From Carcharhinus amblyrhynchos (taxonomy: Eukaryota), in contig OZ336872.1 of the NCBI GenBank assembly GCA_965287045.1, forward strand, positions 119,350,001 to 119,414,000: a stretch of 64,000 nt of DNA. The letters run 5' to 3'. The translations under genes and the position numbers were made by a program. The notes under the pieces are model-generated. The model saw nothing but the letters and a program-made list of their open reading frames with translations. It searched no databases and was not told where the DNA came from. Numbering within the stretch: the stretch's first letter is position 1; every line of letters begins with the position of its first letter. This document shows positions 12,555-21,590 of the stretch, piece by piece.

Positions 12555-12808
12555 CAGGTTGGCTCCGAATTCAGGATTATGTGCCAACAGACAAGATTAC
12601 TGGAGCCTTTTGACAATAATCACTTGGCATGTTATCAGTTCTAAAAAATGGTTAAGGTTCAATCTCGTTACACAGTTTAATTCTTCAAGTGGTTAGCACA
12701 GTGTTAGCACTGCTGTCTCACAGTGCCAGGGATCCAGGTTCAATTCAGCCTCAGTTCACTGTCTATGTGAAGTTTCCACGTTCTCCCTGTGTATGCTTGG
12801 GTTGCCTC
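12555..12808. repeat. Inverted duplicate of ~9805-10058 (non-SINE flank plus SINE 5' half)
   Basis: 34-bp exact rc match 12596-12629 vs 9985-10018; alignment continues through the flank into the SINE head. Confidence 0.9.
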
Positions 12809-12998
12809 TTATCACAAGTAATTTTATCTCCACTGCGGACACTTATTTTATACTCTCAGGATTTAAATAAAATGGCCTGAGGGAGGAATCTTCTCAGCCT
12901 CCTAAGGATGAGCTTGAAGGTGGAGCTTGGAAAACATTCGAGACATAAGTGTCAGGTCAGAAGGATAATGCATTCCCACCTCCAGGTGATCTTCAGGT

Positions 12999-13325
12999 GG
13001 GCAGCACAATGGCACAGTGGTTAGCACTGCTGCCTCACAGTGCCAGGGACCCAGGTTTAATTCTGCCTGTGGATGACTGCCTGTGTGGAATTTGCACGTT
13101 CTCTCTGTGTTTGCATGGGTTTCTTCTGGGTGCTCCGGTTTCCTCCCACAGTCCAAAGATGTGCAGGATTGACCATGCTAAATTTCTCCTTAGTGTCCAA
13201 AGATGTGTAGGGTAGGTGGATAAGTGGGGTAAATGTGTGGGATTATAAGGATAGGGTAGAGGGGGAGAGTGGGTGCAAACTCAATTGACCAAAGGGCCTC
13301 CTTCTGCACTGCAAGGATTCTATGC
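12999..13325 (+). mobile_element. HE1-type V-SINE
   Basis: Full head, V-domain, CR1 tail. Confidence 0.9.
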
Positions 13326-13814
13326 AGTTTTCTGCTCCTGCCCCATGATGCGGGAATGAACACTAATATTGCAGTAAATTTTAGGTTTTAAATTTATGAT
13401 CCACTGAGAGGCTCATCCAATATTTAATGATATCAATTCCAGATTGCGTGGAACATCAGTACATTGTGCCAATGGACCATTTAAACTGTCACAAGGCATA
13501 ATTAGAACGAGCTTAACATTTTTATAATAATTTCCACAAAAACGTTTTGCAGCTTTTGATAATTCATGTAAATAGAAATAAACAGCTGCTGCCTAATTTA
13601 GCTGTTGATAACTACTATAAACACACCATTACATTCAGTTTCGTAAATATATCAACATTTTTTCAGCTCATTATTCCTTCAACTGTAACAGAAGCATGAG
13701 TGGAAAATGATTCGCCATTTTAGAAAAAATGAACTTTGCTGAAACTTGAATTTGTGACTGTCATTCCTCACAGTGGATACTGGACTGCTGATCATTCCTT
13801 AAATCCATTGAGCA

Positions 13815-13998
13815 TCATAGAATCGTAGAATCACTGTAGTGCAGGAGGCCATTCAGCCCATCAGGTCGACACCACCTCTTATCCAGGTTAACCCCATAAC
13901 CCCACATATTTATCCCACTAATCCCTTGAATCTATATATCTTGGGGCACTAAGGGGCAAGTTAGCATGACAAATCAACCTAACATATGCATCTTTGGT
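13815..13998 (-). mobile_element. HE1 3' half
   Basis: CATAGAATC tail repeats and rc of V-domain end. Confidence 0.8.
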
Positions 13999-14079
13999 CA
14001 AATACAAATTTCCTGAATTATGTATGAAATGAATGATGACAAAACTCCAATTCACCTGGGAAGGCTCCTGCTAAATACT

Positions 14080-14410
14080 GTCAGCTTGGCTCAGTTGGCA
14101 GCCTCTCAACCCTAAGTTGTGGGTTCAAAACCCATTCCAGGAAATGAGCGCATCATTTATGTTAACACTTTGTTGCAGCTCTGAGAGAGTGCTACGTTGT
14201 CAGATCTGCCAGCCTTCAGCCAGGCCAGTAAGTTGAGTATTCCATTATTAGTTCAGGCAAATATTAAAGATCAAATGACAGTAGTTGCTAGTAGCTGTCC
14301 CAGTGCCTCAGCCAGTATTCCTCCTGCAATCAACATTACTAAAAAATACAATTTTTTGTTGATCTCATTGCTGTGTGTCACATTTGTTCGGTGGAAAATT
14401 AATTGTATTT
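14080..14410 (+). mobile_element. Deu-SINE relic
   Basis: TGGCTCAGTTGG A box, GGGTTCAAAACC B box, decayed Deu core. Confidence 0.6.
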
Positions 14411-14451
14411 TCGATTCTATAAAACTCATTGCATTTCTAATTTTAAAATGT

Positions 14452-14680
14452 ATTTATTAGTGTTGCAAGTAGGCTTGCATTAACACTGCAATGAAGTTAC
14501 TATGAAAATCCCCTTGTCTCCATCATCTGGTGCCTGTTCGGGTACGCTGAAGGAGAATTTAGCATGGCCAGTGCACCTAACCAGCAGGCCTTGGGAGGAA
14601 ACTGGAGCATCTGGAGGAAACACACGTGGACACAGAGAGAATGTACAGACTCCACACAGTGGCCCAAGCTGTGCCACCTT
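14452..14680 (-). mobile_element. V-SINE, type-B tail (internally deleted)
   Basis: rc of type-B tail and V-domain. Confidence 0.85.
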
Positions 14681-14977
14681 GTGCAGCAAGAATTTTTATA
14701 TATTTTGAATGCCATGACAAAGAACTATAGAATTATAAATCTTCCTTCTTTCTCTTCCGTAACAATACCCATCTCCATCTCTGCCTAAGCCCATGTACTG
14801 CTGGAATGTTCTGTTACCTTCAGACTTCACTGTTTGAATGTTCACCTGGTAAGTCTGTCACCTTCCATCCTTCCTTAACTTGACCCAAACTCAAATCTGC
14901 TGCCCCTCTCCTAATCCGCATCAAGTCCCACTAGGTCATAACTCCATTGTTCACTGTGCTACATAGGCTCCCGGTTT

Positions 14978-15432
14978 AGAATCATAAAATCATACAGTGC
15001 AAAAAAGGCCCTTCAGCTCATTGAGTCTGCACTGACACCCCAGAATCACTTGACCTCCCACCTATTCCCATTTACCAGCACTTGGCCCATAGCCTTGAAT
15101 GCTATTATGTGTCAAGTGCACATACAAGTACATTTTAAAAGATATGAGGCAACCCGCCTCCCAAGCATTCCAGACTGTCACCAGGTAAAAAGATTTTTCC
15201 TCACAACCCCTGTAAATCTCCTGCCCCTCACCTTGAACCTATGTCCGCTTGTGACTGACCCTTCAACTAAGAGGAACAGCTGCTATCATCCAGCCTGTCC
15301 ATGCCCCTCATAATCTTGTACACCTCAAACAGTTTGCCCCTCAGTTTTCTCTGCTCCAGCAAAAATAAACCAAGCCTATCTAATCTCTCTTCATAACTTA
15401 ACTGTTCCATCCCAGGCAGCATCCTGGTGAAA
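14978..15432 (-). mobile_element. CR1/HER1-like 3' fragment
   Basis: ORF track: FTRMLPGMEQLSYEERLDRLGLFLLEQRKLRG. Confidence 0.9.
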
Positions 15433-15612
15433 ACTGGGACCTTAAACTTAAAAGTCTCATTTCTCATGTTCAAATCCCTCCATGGCATCATCCCTCCCTA
15501 TCTCTGTAACCGTGCAGTCCTCGACAACTTGAACTCTTGCCTCTTACAAATTCCCCATTCCCTTTGCTTACCTTGATGGCTGTAGTTTCAGTTGCCAAGA
15601 TCCTAAGCACTG

Positions 15613-15780
15613 CATAGAACATAGAACATAGAACATTACAGCGCAGAACAGGCCCTTCGGCCCACGATGTTGCGCCGACCAGTTTTTTAAAAAAAAAACA
15701 CTGACCCACTAATCTAAACCAATCCCTTTTCGTCCATAAACCTATCCACCTATTCCTATCCCTATCCTAAACCTATCCCT
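15613..15780 (-). mobile_element. Short young CR1 3' end with repetitive 5' junction
   Basis: (CATAGAA)3 tail, CpG-retaining 3'UTR matching 20290-20401. Confidence 0.85.
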
Positions 15781-16049
15781 ATTCCCTTCTCAAACCATTC
15801 TGCCTCACCAGCTCTTTCTTCTCCTTTAATACGCTCCTTACAAGCTGCCAAACTTGGTTCACCTGCCATAATATCACTTTCTTTGGCCAATATCCATTTT
15901 TGTTTGATTACACCTCGTGAAAAGCTTGGTATATTTCCCTACATTAAGGATGCTATGTACAGTGAAAGTTTACAATTTATTCATTACATCCATACATAAT
16001 TTTGGGGGTTCTGGAACCAAGCTGAATGGTAAAATTAAATAACATATTC

Positions 16050-16416
16050 AGGGTGGCACAATGGTTAGCACTGCTGCTTCACTGAACCAGGGACCTGGGT
16101 TCGATTCCCAGCTTGGATCACTGTCTGTATGGAGTCTCACGTTCTCCCAGTATCTGCCTGGATTTCCTCCGTGCGCTCCAGTTTCCTCCCACAATCCAAA
16201 AGATGTGTTGGTTAGGTGCATTGGCCATACGAAATTCTCCGTCAATGTACTTGAACAGATGCCAGAGTGTGGCGACTAGGGGATTTTTGCAGTAATGTCA
16301 TTGCAGTGTTAATGTAAGCCTGCCTCATTTTTTATTTATTAGTCACACTAGGCTTACAATCACACTGTAATAAAGTTGCTGTGAAAATCCTTTGTGACAC
16401 TAATAAATAAACTTAA
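16050..16416 (+). mobile_element. V-SINE, type-B tail, with inverted tail fragment inserted at ~16327-16390
   Basis: Tail split between ...GTAAGCCTGCCTC and TTGTGACACTAATAAA by an rc tail copy. Confidence 0.85.
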
Positions 16417-18182
16417 AAAGATTTTAATTTTATAGTGTTAAAATATTAAAATGTAAACAAACCCTGAGTTTAATGTTAATAATGGAAGCCAGGGATTTAT
16501 TTTAACTGACCGCCCCACTTGTCAATCCTCCTCACCAAAAGTCATACATCTTTATTTCTGCTGGCTTTATTAATTTCGCTCGAGCCTTGACAAGCTGTTC
16601 TCATTGTTCCTGCTAACCCACCAGAGGAAATATGTTGGCATGCTAGCAAGTATCCTTGGCTCCCCTAAATTGTTTGCAAATAGTTTCATTGTTCGTGTTT
16701 AAATCTCTGGAAATGGCAGCAACTCACTGGAAGCTGCCCAGTGAGCCTACATCTGCCCACATGGCACATACAGGAGAGTAAGCTTCATCGACTGCTGTCT
16801 GTTGAGATTGTCTAAATGATCTTGCGTAAGTGCACCAGGACATATTAAACCAATTCACTCTTATCATTAGATTGCGTTTTTTTTTAACCCCTCCCTCTCC
16901 TTCTCCCCATACATTTAATGATATGTAATGAAGTATCGCGTAAGTTAATGATTATAGTAAATCAATTTACATAGTCACATAGCTTCTCGTGATCATGTTA
17001 CATCGCAACACAGTACAACCTCCAGAAGAGAACAACTCAAGGACAATAAGAAAGAAGTATTTATGAAAGACGCGTTAGCATTATTTCACAATATTCCCTT
17101 ATTGATCTCTGGTTTGAAGATCTCTTCGGGCATGACTTCTACCAAAGGAGGCACACTTTCACTTAACACATTTGATGTTCTGAGAGTGGTTCATAAAAAT
17201 CAATGATTTATTTTGTTTTCTTTCTGCAGCGGACAGAGTACAGTTTCTGAAGTCAATCTTAGAACCATATACTCTGCCTCCATTCCAAGAAAATTATTTC
17301 AAGATAATATTTTCTTAAAAATCACATTCTGGGAAACATAGATTGATTTGTACCTTTCATGACCCTTTTATTGTTGAAATTGGGTACACAGGAGGCCTTT
17401 CCCAACAGGTTATTACATTTAGGTGATGTGGTGATACAATCAATACGCATGGATGCCAAATTTAGTAAGGACCAAATTTAGGGGATAGTTGCTGAACTTG
17501 AACATTAATGTAAAGCAGGTGACATGACAGCCCCTTTTCCTCTTTCATAATTTGCATTGCCAATTAAGTTAGTAGAAATAAAGTTTGGGAAAGGTGTAAC
17601 ATACCAGCTTAGTGGTTTAAAAAAAAGGCGGCATGGACAAGTTGGGCTGAAGGGCTTCTATGACTCATTGACTCTAACTCTTATTCACTAGCGTATAATA
17701 AAATATTCTGATTTTTTCCTTTCAGATCCAACAGTCCCACATTGTACTTCATCTGCCATTGATTTGTCTGCGCACTTAAGCCAGAATTTTACGCTACCCC
17801 ACCATGGGGTGTTTAAGCAGGGTGGGGGGAGGGGCGGAGTGTGAAATTGAAGGGATGGGGTTCCTTCAGGGCTCCTGCCCACCCAGACCACCCATGTCCC
17901 AGTTGAGGCCTTAAGAGGTCAACCTTTAGGCTGGTGAGAAGATTGAACCTCCATGGGGGATGGGGTGGAGGGTGTGGGGGGACTCCAAACACAACTAAGT
18001 TCCATCTTGGGCAGGACGGTGGAGGGAGGGTGCCTTCATTGGAAGACCCCTGCCAAAACTGGGTGCCACCCCATCACCAAGGTCCAGTGGCCTCTGGATT
18101 TCCCTCACTCCCAGTCTCCTCCTCAAGACCCTGATTGCCCTTCTCATTCCCCTCCAGGCTTGCATAATGTTCCCTGCCCTGG

Positions 18183-18195
18183 GACTCCTTGAACT
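18183..18195 (+). repeat. Left target-site duplication (13 bp)
   Basis: GACTCCTTGAACT, identical at 19750-19762. Confidence 0.92.
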
Positions 18196-18253
18196 CAGTA
18201 AAAAGTCTGACAACACCAGGTTTTAGTCCAACCGATTTATTTGATAGTAAACG

Positions 18254-18287
18254 CACAAGCTTTCGAGGTTTCCCTCTTCGTCAGGTG
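18254..18287 (-). ncRNA. Minimal type-I hammerhead ribozyme (PLE-type)
   Basis: CAC-CUGACGA-A-GAGG(GAAA)CCUC-GAAA-GCUU-GUG: stem I CAC/GUG, intact core, stem II with GAAA tetraloop, palindromic AAGCUU in place of stem III. Confidence 0.75.
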
Positions 18288-18337
18288 AATGGAGAGTTCT
18301 GGCCTCGGACAGGCATATAAAGCACAGACAGTTTGAT

Positions 18338-19567
18338 CAAGAGGAGAGCCGGTGGATGTGGTCTTTCTGGATTTTTCAGAAGGCGTTTGACAAGGTACCT
18401 CACAAGAGGTTATTGCAGAAGGTCAGGGGACATGGAGTTGGGGGTAGGGTGTTAGCGTGGATAGAGGATTGGTTGTCAAATAGGAGGCAGAGAGTGGGGG
18501 TCAATGGGTGCTATTTGGATTGGTGGTTGGTGACTAGTGGGGTGCCCCAGGGGTTGGTGCTGGGGCCTCAGCTATTTACCATTTATATAGATGATCTGGA
18601 GGAGGGAACCGAGTGCAGGGTGTCGAAATTTGCTGATGACACCAAGACTGGGGGAAAGGCAAATTGTGCGGAGGGTGTGGAGAGTCTGCAGAAGGATCTA
18701 GATAGGCTGGGCGAATGGGCCAGGAAATGGCAAATGGAATTTAATGTTGGCAAGTGTGAGGTGGTCCACTTTGGTAGGAAGAATGGTAGGAAGGACTATT
18801 ACTTACGTGGCGAAAACCTGCAGCAGGCGACGGTGCAGAGGGACCTCGGGGTCCTTGTGCATGAGTCGCAAAAACCCAGCTTGCAGGTGCAGCAGGTGGT
18901 CAGGAAGGCGAATGGGATGCTGGCCTTCATAGCGAGGGGGATTGAATATAAAAGTAGGGAGGTCTTGCTGCAGCTGTATAGGGCATTGGTGAGGCCGCAG
19001 CTGGAGTACTGTGTGCAGTTTTGGGCGCCGCATCTGCGCAAGGATATTTTGGCCCTGGAGGGAGTGCAGAGGAGGTTTACTAGGCTGATACCGGAGTTGA
19101 GGGGATTGAGCTATGAGGAGAGGCTGAATAAACTAGGCTTGTACTCGTTAGAGTTTAGAAGAATGAGGGGAGATCTCATTGAGACGTATAAGATGATGAA
19201 TGGGATGGATAGGATAGAGGTGGAGAGACTCTTCCCGCTCAGAAAAGACAGTAGGACTAGGGGGCACAGCCTCAAGATAAAGGGGAGGCGGTTTAGAACG
19301 GAGTTGAGGAGGAACTTCTTCACTCAAAGGGTGGTGAATCTCTGGAATTCTCTGCCCGTTGAAGTGGTGGAGGCTGCCTCGCTAAATATTTTTAAGACGC
19401 GGGTTGATGGGTTTTTGATAAGAGAGGGGATTAAGGGTTATGGGGAGAGGGCGGGAAAGTGGAACTGAGCCACGACAGATCAGCCATGATCTTATTGAAT
19501 GGCGGGGCAGGCTCGAAGGGCTAGATGGCCTACTCCTGCTCTTATTTCTTATGTTCTTATGTTCTTA
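18338..19567 (+). mobile_element. Young 5'-truncated CR1-clade LINE
   Basis: Starts at ...RGEPVDVVFLDF/QKAFDKVPH (1-bp frameshift near 18372-18376), FADD motif, (TTCTTATG)n tail. Confidence 0.97.
18356..19468 (+). pseudogene. CR1 ORF2 RT fragment, 370-aa ORF
   Basis: QKAFDKVPH, PQGLVLGP, KFADDTK; N-terminal MWSFWIF arises from a frameshift that removes the motif-A Asp. Confidence 0.93.
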
Positions 19568-19620
19568 TCTCTAATCTGTCTGTGCTTTATATGCTCTGTC
19601 CGAGGCCAGAACTCTCCATT

Positions 19621-19654
19621 CACCTGACGAAGAGGGAAACCTTGAAAGCTTGTG
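19621..19654 (+). ncRNA. Minimal type-I hammerhead ribozyme (PLE-type), second copy
   Basis: CAC-CUGACGA-A-GAGG(GAAA)CCUU-GAAA-GCUU-GUG; one C>T turns the core-proximal G-C pair of stem II into G-U. Confidence 0.72.
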
Positions 19655-19749
19655 CGTTTACTATCAAATAAATCGGTTGGACTAAAACCTGGTGTTGTCA
19701 GACTTTTTACTGTGTTTACCCCAGTCCAACGCCAGCACATCCACATCAT

Positions 19750-19762
19750 GACTCCTTGAACT
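19750..19762 (+). repeat. Right target-site duplication (13 bp)
   Basis: GACTCCTTGAACT. Confidence 0.92.
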
Positions 19763-20054
19763 ATCAGGACCTCTGATTCCTGGACTGGAGGTGAAATTCT
19801 CCCAAGCCCCACCAGCAGCTCGATGGCAGGCATAGTAGGAGAATATGCTGGGATGTTCAAACATAGATTTGATGCTGGTGTGAATCCACAGCAAGATCTT
19901 CCCCCTATGGTAGGTTAGAAAACTCACCAGGAGACAGCATGAACCTCAGTTACACCTTGTTAATGGGATGCAGATGAAGACCTAGTTCCCTACTCCAGAT
20001 CCTTCACAATACCAGTGGGAAAAGACTCTGACATGAAACACATTTGGTACATCA

Positions 20055-20401
20055 CTGAGGCATACAAGATGATCAGAGGGTTAGATAGGGTGGATAGTGA
20101 GAGCCTTTTTCCTCGTATGGTGACAGCTAACATGAGGGGACATAGCTTTAAATTAAGGGGTGGTAATTATAGGACGGATGTCAGAGGTAGGTTCTTTACT
20201 CAGAGGGTAGTAAGGGCGTGGAATGCCCTGCCTGCAGCAGTTGTGGACTCGCCAACTTTAAGGGCATTCAAATGGTCAGTGGATAGGCATATGGACAACA
20301 TTGGAATAGTTTAGATTAGAGGGTCATTAGATTGGTTCCACTGGTCAGCGCAACATTGAGGGCCGAAGGGCCTGTACTGCGCTGTAATGTTCTATGTTCT
20401 A
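20055..20401 (+). mobile_element. CR1/HER1-like 3' fragment
   Basis: EAYKMIRGLDRVD...RGHSFKL...FFTQRVVRAWNALP and TTCTATG tail. Confidence 0.9.
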
Positions 20402-21109
20402 TCATGGTGGGCAAATGTCAAGACTCATCTGAACAATGCCTGGGGCTGCCTCCGGACTTCAGGATGGAGTTACCCTCAACCTGCACTCTAGAACACCACA
20501 ACACTGGGTCTGGGGAGCATCTGCAGTGGACGTTCCAGATCTGGTGTCCTGGAGCAGGTCCTGTTTCCAGCCTCAGAATGTTTCTGGAAATCCATTCTCA
20601 TTCCCAGGAGGTCCATCTCTCCAGAGTGTTCCCAGAGATCGATCTTCATTTTCAGGAGGTCCACCTTCAACCTTCAATAGTGGATCAGTGATTTTGGGCA
20701 ACTTTTCGATATGGCCTTCCAGACACAATGGTGGGCTAGGCGCTTGTCCCATCACTGAATAAAGCGTAATTAATGAGGTTGGGGCCAGAAGATGTGGCAT
20801 ATTTTTCCACCGGTTATTGCTGTGGAAAACACGCCCTGTCCCTGCCTCCGCCATGGCACTCAGTCTCTGAAGTCTTCTGGAACTTTTTTTTTGTTGACTG
20901 GCTGCTCTCTAAACCACCACTTTCCACCAGTGTGAGAGGCAGATGGCCTCGCCTGCAGCCAATCAACACCCATTGAGGCGTAACTTGGCTACGGGGCAGT
21001 CAAAGTTGGCAGGGATGTGGGGATGTGTTTCTTGCCAACTCTTTGGTTGGCGGGAAATGAGACCCTCCCATCTGAGGAATTCAGGCCTTAGTCTGTATTC
21101 CGTTGTAAC

Positions 21110-21590
21110 TTCCTGCTCCCATCTACAGAACTCATTGTGCCTCTTAACTTAGTGTCATCTGAATGCTTAGATATACAATTCATCCAACTAATTAATACAT
21201 CTTGTGAAAAGCTGAGGCCCCAGAGATCCCTGACTTGTTGCATCCTGTCAATCAGAGAACGTGTCCTTTATGCCATCTCTCTGTCTCCCACCATCAAACC
21301 AATTATTGACCCATATTCTGAATGAGTTCCAATTTCATGCGCTTGTATTCCTACTAATAATATTTTGTATGGAATCGTATTAAATGCCTTCTGGAAATCC
21401 ATATTGGCAGACTCCTATCCATCATGTTAGTATTCTTCTAAAAAAATTATTGAATGAGATTAATCAGGCACAAGCTACCATCCACTGTTCCATGTTTATT
21501 CTCACAGATAAGCCAGTACTTACCCAAGTACTAGCCATGACCCTAACCTTAATGCAGTCACTCTAGTCCCAGCAACTTCACAGAATTGCA
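21110..21590 (-). mobile_element. Highly decayed CR1 RT-region fragment
   Basis: rc resembles DFQKAF (aaatgccttctggaaatcc) and ADDTKL (aacttagtgtcatctg) coding segments. Confidence 0.6.

Larger units (their letters stand above)
14740..15965 (+). mobile_element. Decayed L2 LINE 3' region interrupted by two CR1 fragments
   Basis: 'ctacataggctcccggtt...aaagtctcatttctcatgttcaaatccctccatggc...' and 3' end 'ctacattaaggatgctat'; homologous to 55995-56890. Confidence 0.6.
18196..19749 (+). mobile_element. Composite insertion: inverted Penelope-like pLTR / CR1 fragment / pLTR with 37-nt 3' extension
   Basis: 18196-18331 is the rc of 19576-19712 with only two differences; unpaired 19713-19749; whole unit inside a 13-bp TSD. 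Confidence 0.88.

Noticed and set aside
18196-19749. Retron- or DGR-like system (RT flanked by inverted repeats)
   Set aside because: The RT is a 5'-truncated vertebrate CR1 ORF2 with its own LINE tail, and the arms have PLE features; the context is eukaryotic.
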